From an uncultured cyanobacterium (GTDB lineage: Bacteria; Cyanobacteriota; Cyanobacteriia; Cyanobacteriales; CAWCAG01), in contig CAWCAG010000005.1 of the NCBI GenBank assembly GCA_963793425.1, positions 1,216,001 to 1,280,000 of the forward strand: 64,000 nucleotides of DNA, read 5' to 3'. Made by a program: the position numbers and the translations under genes. Of this stretch, positions 21,081 to 29,787 are shown piece by piece. Below the pieces are notes generated by a model. It made no database searches, was not told the DNA's origin, and worked only from the letters and a program-made list of their open reading frames with translations. Position 1 is the stretch's first letter. Each line of letters begins with the position of its first letter.

Positions 21081-24000
21081 GTGATTGTAAGCAGAAAGGG
21101 TCTTAGTAGACCCAAGCCTTTGAGCATCGGGCATTATCCGCTCTTAAACTTAGCAATTATACTATCTGGGTGCATAGGCATAACTGGTGTAGCTAACGCT
21201 TCGGAAGAAGAGAATCTGGAATTGCTTGAACCAGCCTCTTTTTCTTTAGAAGAAACGAATGTAGAAAGTTTAGAAATTGACAGTCGCTTAGAGGTGACTG
21301 AAAAAGAAGTAACTGAGACAACAGAGATATCTCAAGAAGAAGAAACCTTGGGTGAAACTGTAATTGAGCAACCACTCGCCCCAGACGAGGTGAGGATTTT
21401 AGCTCCTGAAGCGGGGCAAAAAAATAGCCGTTCCACCAATCTTATTGTTCAATATAACGCTAGCAGCGAGGTTAGGGTTGAAATTAATCAAAAACCTCTT
21501 AATCCTAACTTACCGACGCAAATTGAGCAAGATGAAGAGCAAAATCTGATTACCCAAGTTTGGTATAACGTGCCGTTGCAGGAAGGGGAAAATGTTATTA
21601 CCGTTGTGGCTAATAATGGTACTCCTGTAACAACCAAATTAACCGTAGAAGAAGCTGTTATTGGTCAAATTCAACTCTTCCCAGCCGGAGATCCGCGAGT
21701 ACCAGCCGATGGACGTTCTACCATAACCCTAGAAGGAAGCATTACCGATGCAGCAGGGGAACTGATTACCGAAGAAACTTTTGTCACCCTCACCTCCAGT
21801 GCTGGTAAATTCATTGGGACAGACCAAGATGAAGATCGGCCAGGGTTTCAGGTACTAGCTAGGGAAGGAACATTTAAAGCAGAGTTGCAATCAAACTTAG
21901 AAGCGCAGAAGGTAAAGATTCGTGCTGCTGTTGAAAGTTTTGACCTCGACAATTCTTTGTTAGAAGAAGATGCCATAACTGCTGCTAGACTCAACCCCCA
22001 AGATAGAGTAACAGCCGACCTAGAAACCTATAGTCAAGTAGAATTTATTACCTATCTCCGTCCTTCCTTGGTATCTGGAGTCCTTAACCTCCGTATTGGT
22101 GAAGCAGGGACAGATTTCTTTGGTAGTCGCCGGGAATTCCTTAATCCTACCACCATGGATGATGATTTTGAAGCGGATGTAGATGCGGCAGTATTTGCCA
22201 CCGGGGCTATTGGTGAATGGTTATTTACCGGGGCTTATAATAGCGAACGGCCCCTTAATGAAACCTGTGATGGCATTACCAGATTATTCCGGGGGCCGCA
22301 AGAATGTGAGAAGCAATATTCTGTTTATGGCGATAGTTCCAGCGTTGAATATTTAACCCCCTCTACCACTAGTGTTTACTTACGTTTTGAGCGTCAATCT
22401 CCTGTAACTGGGGCTGAACCAGACTACTTTATGTGGGGAGATTATTACACCACAGAATTTAGTCGTCCTTCCCAACTCTTTACGGCTACAACCCGCGCCT
22501 TAAACGGTTTTAAAGGCAACTTAAGCTTAGGAAATTTGCAACTCACGGCTTTATATAGTCCTGATGTAGATGGCTTTCAAAGGGATACTTTAGTCCCTGA
22601 CGGTACTAGCGGCTATTACTTCCTGGCCCGACGGCAGTTGGTTCCCGGTAGTGAGAATATTTTTATTGAAACTGAAGAAATTAATCGCCCCGGTACAGTT
22701 ATTTCTCGCGAGGCCCTAAGTCGTGGTCCGGATTATGAAATTGACTACGATAGGGGAACTTTGTTGTTTCGCCGTCCGATGCAGCAACTAGAGTTTGATC
22801 CTTTTGGTAACACCTTAGTGAGGAAAATTGTTGCTACTTATCAGTTTGAAGGGGATACTGACGGAGAAACGGATATTTATGCAGGGAGAGTGCAATACAA
22901 CTTCTCCCAAGATTTGAACCAAGAAAACTGGTTAGCAGCTACCTATCTTTATGAAGATCAAGGGAGCCAGGATTTTGAGTTATATGGAGCGGATTTCTTA
23001 TTTAATGTGGGGGAAAAAGGGCGCTTCATCGGGGAATTTGCTCGTTCCCACAATAATTCTCCCTTAACCGGAAACGTTGCTGCTAATGCTTATCGTTTGG
23101 AATTGCAAGGGGAAGTTGTTAAAGGAGTTAATGCACGGGCTTTTTATCGTTCTGTCGAAACTGGTTTTGCCAACAATGCCACCACTAGTTTTACCCCAGG
23201 ACAAACCCGCTACGGAGCAGCCATTTTAGCTCAAGTTGCTCCTACTACAACCTTGCAAGCTAGCTTTGATCGCGAAGAAAATTTTGGTGTTGCCCCGGCG
23301 GTACGAACAGTTCCTTTTGATCTTTTTAATCCTAACACTAGTTTGTTTAACCCTGGTTCAGAAGCCCTCCCCGGAACAGCTATTAATAACGATCTCACCG
23401 CTATTTCTGCTGGGGTGAGGCAAAAACTTGGGGATGCAGAATTAAATGTTGACTATGTGCATCGCTCTCGCAACGACGATGCAGGTAATATTTTTGATAG
23501 CGATAGTGACCAAGTTGTCTCTTATCTTAATGTTCCGGTCACAGAAACCATTGCCTTAAGAGCTAAAAATGAAATTAATTTAGGAGATGGGGAAGACCCA
23601 CTTTATCCTAACCGCACAACCTTTGGTATTGATTGGAAAGTGCAACCAGAAGTGACTATGAGACTAGCACACCAATTTTATGATGGGGGCTTGTTGGGGG
23701 ATAATTCCATCACTAGCTTAGAAACCATCACCGAAAAAAGGTTAGGGGAGGATACCTATTTGTATAACCGTTATGCCCTCGTGGGAGGATACAACGGTGT
23801 AACTGGTCAGGGTTCCATTGGTTTAGGTCACCGCCTAACCGTTGCTCCTGGTTTCCGCATTAACTTAGGTTATGAACTCGTCACCAGTGACATTTCTAGT
23901 GTTACAGCAGCAGGGCCTCGTTTTGCTCAACCCTATGCTGTGGGTCAAAGTTCCTCATCTTTGGGCGTATTTGGTGGGGAAGCCTATAGCGTTGGTTTTG

Positions 24001-24761
24001 AATATACAGCTAACCCCGATTTTCAAGTTTCCGGTCGTTTTGAACAGAGGAATGGTTCCGGTCGAGAAAATACTGTTTGGAATGCAGCCGCCGCAGGTAA
24101 AGTGACTCCTGGGTTAACAGCTTTATTCCGTTTTGACCAAGCTAATACCTCCAACCAGATTTTAAGCGGGTTGGGAGATACAGTGAAAGTCAAGATGGGA
24201 CTAGCTTACCGTGACCCCCATGATGACCGTTTTAACGCCTTACTTAAATACGAATATCGCCGTAACCCTTCGATTATCCCCGAAACCCTACTTTTTGGCA
24301 GTGGTACAGGGTCTACTGACCATGTAGTTTCCACTGATATGATTTATGCCCCCGATTGGCGTTGGGAATTTTACGGCAAGTTCGCTATGCGTAGTAGTAC
24401 AACGAATCTAGCTAGTAACTTTAGCAACAGCAGCAGCGTCTTTCTGAGTCAGCTAAGGGCCACCTACCGTACAGGGTATAACACCGATGTTGCTTTAGAA
24501 GGACGTTGGATTGGGCAACCTTCGACCAATTTTGATGAATTTGGCTTTGCAGCAGAAGCTGGCTACTACCTCACTCCTGACCTACGCATCGGTTTGGGTT
24601 ATAGCTTTGGTAGTGTTGATGATGGGGACTTTGACGGTTATCGTTCCGATGGTGGCCCTTACTTAAACTTAACTCTTAAAGTTAATGAATTGTTTGGCGG
24701 TTTTGGTAGGCAAAGGCCTGTGCCGGCACAGCAACAAGAGTCTGAGGTAAGTAATAAGTAA
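21081..24761 (+). CDS. Very large predicted outer-membrane beta-barrel protein with N-terminal Ig-like domains
   Basis: Signal peptide, acidic linker, invasin-like VPADGRSTITL segment, then a long run of amphipathic aromatic-rich beta strands ending GPYLNLTLKVNELF. Confidence 0.75.
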   Translation: MIVSRKGLSRPKPLSIGHYPLLNLAIILSGCIGITGVANASEEENLELLEPASFSLEETNVESLEIDSRLEVTEKEVTETTEISQEEETLGETVIEQPLAPDEVRILAPEAGQKNSRSTNLIVQYNASSEVRVEINQKPLNPNLPTQIEQDEEQNLITQVWYNVPLQEGENVITVVANNGTPVTTKLTVEEAVIGQIQLFPAGDPRVPADGRSTITLEGSITDAAGELITEETFVTLTSSAGKFIGTDQDEDRPGFQVLAREGTFKAELQSNLEAQKVKIRAAVESFDLDNSLLEEDAITAARLNPQDRVTADLETYSQVEFITYLRPSLVSGVLNLRIGEAGTDFFGSRREFLNPTTMDDDFEADVDAAVFATGAIGEWLFTGAYNSERPLNETCDGITRLFRGPQECEKQYSVYGDSSSVEYLTPSTTSVYLRFERQSPVTGAEPDYFMWGDYYTTEFSRPSQLFTATTRALNGFKGNLSLGNLQLTALYSPDVDGFQRDTLVPDGTSGYYFLARRQLVPGSENIFIETEEINRPGTVISREALSRGPDYEIDYDRGTLLFRRPMQQLEFDPFGNTLVRKIVATYQFEGDTDGETDIYAGRVQYNFSQDLNQENWLAATYLYEDQGSQDFELYGADFLFNVGEKGRFIGEFARSHNNSPLTGNVAANAYRLELQGEVVKGVNARAFYRSVETGFANNATTSFTPGQTRYGAAILAQVAPTTTLQASFDREENFGVAPAVRTVPFDLFNPNTSLFNPGSEALPGTAINNDLTAISAGVRQKLGDAELNVDYVHRSRNDDAGNIFDSDSDQVVSYLNVPVTETIALRAKNEINLGDGEDPLYPNRTTFGIDWKVQPEVTMRLAHQFYDGGLLGDNSITSLETITEKRLGEDTYLYNRYALVGGYNGVTGQGSIGLGHRLTVAPGFRINLGYELVTSDISSVTAAGPRFAQPYAVGQSSSSLGVFGGEAYSVGFEYTANPDFQVSGRFEQRNGSGRENTVWNAAAAGKVTPGLTALFRFDQANTSNQILSGLGDTVKVKMGLAYRDPHDDRFNALLKYEYRRNPSIIPETLLFGSGTGSTDHVVSTDMIYAPDWRWEFYGKFAMRSSTTNLASNFSNSSSVFLSQLRATYRTGYNTDVALEGRWIGQPSTNFDEFGFAAEAGYYLTPDLRIGLGYSFGSVDDGDFDGYRSDGGPYLNLTLKVNELFGGFGRQRPVPAQQQESEVSNK

Positions 24762-24813
24762 TAAGTAATAAGTAATAAGTTAAGAACATGGTTTCGCTGA
24801 TTAGCAATTAGCC

Positions 24814-24872
24814 GTAGGGGCGACCCGTTTCCCAAACATATTCGACAAGCCCAAATTTATATTTGGTCGCCC
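24814..24872. repeat. GTAG-type REP-like palindrome
   Basis: GTAGGGGCGACC ... GGTCGCCC. Confidence 0.55.
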
Positions 24873-24919
24873 ATCTCAACCATTAGCTGTTTCTATCACG
24901 TTTACAAGGAGTAAAAAGA

Positions 24920-26632
24920 GTGAATTCTGTTCAGGTTAAAGCATCTATTTTGGCATTACCTTTGGCTTTATTAGCTATCCCCAACCTAGCTAATGCCGAA
25001 ACAATGAATTGGCAGGCGGTGGTTAATACCAATGCTGATACTATTCAAGCCGATAACTTCCTTAGTTTGCGAGAGGCGATCGCAGCTATTAATGGTAGCT
25101 TGCCCATGGAGGAGTTAAGTGAAGCGGAAAGGCAGCAATTGACTCCAGGGGAAGGTAATTCTCGCATTGAATTTAATTTATCCCCCCAAAAGACAACCAT
25201 CAATTTAGTAGGACTGCTGCCTCCTCTATCTACTCCAGGACTGGTTATTGATGGTACAAGTCAACCAGGTTACGACCGAGAGGAATTAGAAAAACAAGGG
25301 GGGGCAACACCTATTCCTGTGGTTGCTATTACTCCAGCAACAGAAAGTCAGGTACTGCGAGGTTTAACTATTGTTGCTGATGGTGTCACGGTAAGGGGGC
25401 TAAGCATTTATGGTTTCAGTTATCCCCAAGGCCCTACAGCCAACACTCCCACCGCCGATATTTTCATCTCCCATCGCTTGCCGCCTCCCGATACCTTTGG
25501 TCGAGAAATACCCTACGACGAGTTTTCTTTCAGTGAACAGGATGTTCCTCCCCAGGATGTGGTGATTGAACATAATTGGTTAGGAGTGCCTTCGGGGTTA
25601 GGTACAGATTCTCGCTTTATTAGTCAAATTGATAGGAGCAAAAATGAAGTAGCCAGAAATGCGAAACCACAAGAGTTTGGTGTTACTGACTCTTTGTTTG
25701 TGGTTCCCACTGCAGCCAAGCCGCAATCTCCTCAACCAGACTCCCCTGCTGCAAAGAAGTTATCCGGTTTCGGAGTCTATGTTTTTAATAGCAAAGGAAC
25801 AACTATTCACCGCAACATCATCGCTAACCACGATGGTAGCGGCATCATCACTAGCGTCAGGGCGAAAAACTTATTAGTTAGGGACAACCTGATTGAAAGG
25901 AATGGCTTTGCGGGAATGCCCGACGGCATCCGTTTAGAAGGAGATATTACTGATGCCATGATTCAAGGTAATTTAATTCGTAACAATGCTGGTAGTGGTA
26001 TCTTTGCTTTTAAACCAACGGGTGCAGTAGAAATTCGGGACAACAACATCACCGACAACGGCAAACGCTATGAACGGGCGGCCATTTATCTTTCTGGTAG
26101 TGACCATTTAATTACCAGAAACCGCATTGCCAATCAACCCGGTACAGGAGTTACCGTTGCAGCTTTCCCAGAGAGCGATCGCGTGGTAATTCTCAATAAT
26201 TTGTTTACTGGTTTGCAAGGACTAAGCATTGATTTAGTTGCCCAAAATGGTACAGAAGTAAAAAATTACCAAAAAGGTGACGGCCCCAACCCAGAAATTG
26301 AATTTTATCAACGTCGCCGTCAAGCAGCCAATAATGGTATCAATGCCCCCAATTTTGTTAGTCGGGAATTCTTCGCCTTGAACAACAAAACCAAATTGAT
26401 GGGTAAAGCCTTAGCTGATTCTACAGTAGAAATTTACCGAGTGATTGAAGAAGATGGTCAACAAGGGCCTCTTAACCAAGAAATCGCTACGGTGGAAGTG
26501 GACAAAGGGGGCAATTTTGAGATAGAAATATCAGGATTGCAACCAGGCGATCGCGTGACAGCAACAGCCACTCACGCTGATTATGGTACATCAGAACCTG
26601 CATTTAATGCAGCAATTGTACCTCTTCCTTAA
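24920..26632 (+). CDS. Secreted CSLREA-like / right-handed parallel beta-helix protein
   Basis: Signal peptide; VVNTNAD...LSLREAI motif; NxIxxN beta-helix repeats; C-terminal VTATAT...GTSE motif. Confidence 0.8.
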   Translation: MNSVQVKASILALPLALLAIPNLANAETMNWQAVVNTNADTIQADNFLSLREAIAAINGSLPMEELSEAERQQLTPGEGNSRIEFNLSPQKTTINLVGLLPPLSTPGLVIDGTSQPGYDREELEKQGGATPIPVVAITPATESQVLRGLTIVADGVTVRGLSIYGFSYPQGPTANTPTADIFISHRLPPPDTFGREIPYDEFSFSEQDVPPQDVVIEHNWLGVPSGLGTDSRFISQIDRSKNEVARNAKPQEFGVTDSLFVVPTAAKPQSPQPDSPAAKKLSGFGVYVFNSKGTTIHRNIIANHDGSGIITSVRAKNLLVRDNLIERNGFAGMPDGIRLEGDITDAMIQGNLIRNNAGSGIFAFKPTGAVEIRDNNITDNGKRYERAAIYLSGSDHLITRNRIANQPGTGVTVAAFPESDRVVILNNLFTGLQGLSIDLVAQNGTEVKNYQKGDGPNPEIEFYQRRRQAANNGINAPNFVSREFFALNNKTKLMGKALADSTVEIYRVIEEDGQQGPLNQEIATVEVDKGGNFEIEISGLQPGDRVTATATHADYGTSEPAFNAAIVPLP

Positions 26633-26638
26633 TCTCAC

Positions 26639-26663
26639 CAGTCCCCCTGAGAGAGGGGGACTG
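26639..26663 (+). terminator. Intra-operon GC-rich stem-loop (terminator or mRNA stabiliser)
   Basis: Perfect 10-bp stem CAGTCCCCCT-GAGAG-AGGGGGACTG; no clear U-tract. Confidence 0.5.
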
Positions 26664-26720
26664 TTGGGGAATTATCAAAAACAATTAACACCAGAGTCAG
26701 AAATTGTATTGTCTTGAATT

Positions 26721-29201
26721 ATGAAGCAAATTTTAAAAGTATTACCCATTCCTCAAAAACCTAATTTCCGTAACTCTGCTGCTTGGTTAGTTGGAGGTTT
26801 AACCTTATGGACAACATCTATTGCTTATTATTCTCCTGTTGCAAAAGCGCAAGAGCCTTTTAGCTGCGATGGTCTTTTTTTCCTGAGTCAGGGTATAAAC
26901 CCACCTAATACAGTTCCAACAACTTTAAACGTTGTTAACACAGGAAGTGTACCTTTTAATTTGACTGCTAGAGGAGGAGATGAAGATAGGAACAATGCTA
27001 CAGGTTTCCGCTTTGATGTTAACGGTTCATTTATCTATGGTATTAATCCAGATAGAATAGGACAAAGCGTAACGAACAAGGCTCAAGTTGTCTATAAAAT
27101 AGATCGAAACGGTAAACTTTTCCCTATTAGCAATGGATCTATTGCTCAAGGTGCTTCTACATTAGCTCAAGAAGCTCGCTTTATAGCTGGAGACATTGGA
27201 ATTAATGGTAACTACTATGTTTATGGAGGAAACGGAGTACTTCTAGAAATTGATGTCTCTGGACCAGAAGCAATGTTAGTTCTGCCTGAGAAGAGACTAC
27301 AAGACCCTGCAAATGGTAATAGCCCCCCTGACATAGCAGACTTTGCTCTAAACCCTCTTGATGGCAACTTTTATGCTTTCACTAGGAATGGGAATAGGCT
27401 TGTTTTTTTTAATCCTAATGATCCCAGTCCCATTAGCATTCAAGACTTACCAGGAGTTAGCGGTTTACCAACTATCTTTCCTGCCCCTCCAGGTACTGCT
27501 CGTGATAACGTTGGTGCAGCTTTCTTTGATGGTGCTGGTAATTTATTTATCTACAAAAATGGCAATATTCAGCCCCCTGGTGAACTCTACAGAATAAATG
27601 TTGGGGTTGAAGGTAATCGTCCTAGCGCCATTACATCTGTACGCCTCAGTGAGGCAGAGGCTGTTAGCAACAACGATGGTTCAGCCTGTCCTTTTGCACC
27701 AAAGCTAGAAAAAAGCGTCAGCACCAATCAAGTTGTAGCTGGGGGTACTATTGACTATTTCTATACCATTACAAATCCTAATGCTGTAGCAATAACACAA
27801 CAGTTCCCTCCCCTAACTTTTAGTGATAATTTAACCAATGGTCGAACTTTTGTGAGTGCGGAGATTGTACAGCCTGTCACAGGGGATCTTAGTACTTTTT
27901 CTGGCGGTAATCTTAGTATATCCGACGGTCAAAGTCTAACAATTAGCAACTTAGGACTTCCTTCCACAAATGCAATAGCCAGCCCTCCTCAAGTAGGGAA
28001 GATAGTTATCAAAGCTACGGTTCGAGTAGCCCTCAATGCTTCTGCGGGAACAGTTTTTAACCAAGCAACTTTAAATGGTTTACCAGGGCCATTCCCGCCC
28101 TCCATTCCTTCTGACTTCCCTGGTGCAGGAGCCTTACCTGACCCCTCACCCCTGGTTATTTTACCTCCCCCTGTTCCGGCGGGGACAAAATCTGTTGAGT
28201 TAGCCATTGATGCTGATAACACCAGTAGCGTTACTCCAGGGGACACTATCGAATACGCTGTCAGCTATTTTAATACCAGTTCCAGCACCGACGTAACCGA
28301 TTTTGCTGTCACAGATACTATCGACTCCAACTTAACTTTTGTTCCGGGTAGTTACAACTTCCAAGTTGCTTCAGGTAGTCCAGCAGTTAGCGAGAATACT
28401 GCTTTTGATGGTACTAGTGACAACAGGCTCACTCTTCCCGGAGGAATTTTGACCCCTGGTTCCCAAATAACTGTTAGCTACCGCGCCACAATTAATGCAA
28501 ATGTGACACCAGGAACAGTAATAGATAACCAAGCTTCAGCAACTTCCACCGCCTCCCCTCCAGGAAGCCCTGATACTATTATCACCCCCTCTGTCACAGA
28601 TGCAGTAGGAGATTCGAGCCAGATTCCCCAAGTCCTTGATGATGGGCAAGAAGGAGGCAACTCCCCAGGAAACACAGGAGACGATGAACCCACAAGGTTG
28701 GTCGTAGCTGATCCTACTGCTGACGGTAATTTAGTGTTGGTCAAGCGTATTACTAACGTGATCAGAAACGGTGTACCTTTAGCTGGAATTAACTTCAGTA
28801 ACTTTATTGATGATGAAGCTGATATTAACGATAACTTCCCCGGTTGGTCTGCCCTTTCTCCTGTTGGGGTTCTTAGTTTGGGAACAGACAATGCCTTAAG
28901 TAGCGGAGATACAGTTGAGTACACAGTTTATTTCTTATCTAATGGTAGGAAACCAGTTGAGGATTTAAAAATCTGCGATGCTATACCGGAAAGAACAGAT
29001 TATGTTGCCAACAGTCTTATCTCTTTCCAAAATTTAGGCAACCCAAGCTTCTTCAACGAGTTAGATTCAAGCCTACCTGTACCACCTTGCCCTAATAGTA
29101 ACAACCCTGATGGGGCTGTATCGTTGGATTTAAGTCCTAGCTTCTCTAATACTAGTCCTGATAATGTCGGTTTTGTACGCTTTCGAGTGGAAATAAACTG
29201 A
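26721..29201 (+). CDS. Secreted adhesin-like protein: beta-propeller-like head plus three DUF11-type Ig domains
   Basis: Signal peptide (AKA-Q); head bounded by FSCDG...NDGSACP; repeats LEKSV..GGTIDY, GTKSV..GDTIEY and LVKRI..GDTVEY. Confidence 0.82.
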   Translation: MKQILKVLPIPQKPNFRNSAAWLVGGLTLWTTSIAYYSPVAKAQEPFSCDGLFFLSQGINPPNTVPTTLNVVNTGSVPFNLTARGGDEDRNNATGFRFDVNGSFIYGINPDRIGQSVTNKAQVVYKIDRNGKLFPISNGSIAQGASTLAQEARFIAGDIGINGNYYVYGGNGVLLEIDVSGPEAMLVLPEKRLQDPANGNSPPDIADFALNPLDGNFYAFTRNGNRLVFFNPNDPSPISIQDLPGVSGLPTIFPAPPGTARDNVGAAFFDGAGNLFIYKNGNIQPPGELYRINVGVEGNRPSAITSVRLSEAEAVSNNDGSACPFAPKLEKSVSTNQVVAGGTIDYFYTITNPNAVAITQQFPPLTFSDNLTNGRTFVSAEIVQPVTGDLSTFSGGNLSISDGQSLTISNLGLPSTNAIASPPQVGKIVIKATVRVALNASAGTVFNQATLNGLPGPFPPSIPSDFPGAGALPDPSPLVILPPPVPAGTKSVELAIDADNTSSVTPGDTIEYAVSYFNTSSSTDVTDFAVTDTIDSNLTFVPGSYNFQVASGSPAVSENTAFDGTSDNRLTLPGGILTPGSQITVSYRATINANVTPGTVIDNQASATSTASPPGSPDTIITPSVTDAVGDSSQIPQVLDDGQEGGNSPGNTGDDEPTRLVVADPTADGNLVLVKRITNVIRNGVPLAGINFSNFIDDEADINDNFPGWSALSPVGVLSLGTDNALSSGDTVEYTVYFLSNGRKPVEDLKICDAIPERTDYVANSLISFQNLGNPSFFNELDSSLPVPPCPNSNNPDGAVSLDLSPSFSNTSPDNVGFVRFRVEIN

Positions 29202-29787
29202 TTGATATTGGTGTTTACTAAATAGTCTATTAACTTAAAATTTATAGCTAAGGAGTAAAGGCTAGTAAGATTAGTCTTTACTCCTTAAGTTAGGTATTTG
29301 TAGTGTTTTTCAACTCAAAATATTTAGCGATCATAATGATATTGAAGGGATTAAGTTAGATGTGATTTTGTTTAACTTAATCTCTCTTGAGAGGGAATCA
29401 ATAACTAGAGTTTCTAGCTAACATTTATTACTACAAGTTCACTTAATAAATAATTAAGCTGAAGAAGGTGAGGAAATGCCATTGTATACATTCCTCGCAA
29501 CTCTATTTAGTTGCTTTACCGCTTTAGCTTGAAAAAGAGCTTAATTGAATTTTACGTCTACTTCAGTTAATGGAAAGTTGCATATTCATTAACTAAAAGC
29601 CCCAAAATACCATACATACTGTAGCAGAAAGTATCATCCAAATCAACTAAATAAAGAATAAAGTTCTACCAAAGTTATTCACACTTTCTAAACTCCAATT
29701 ACTCGACTAAAAAATATCAAATACAGTCTTCTCAATACAGCCTAATGAGCAGTATTGCCCAATTGCTGTAGCTAAACAAATTCAGCT

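Noticed and set aside
21081..24761. Calling the large protein a TonB-dependent receptor
   Set aside because: No recognisable TonB box, plug motif or C-terminal Phe signature, and the gene context points to export or display.
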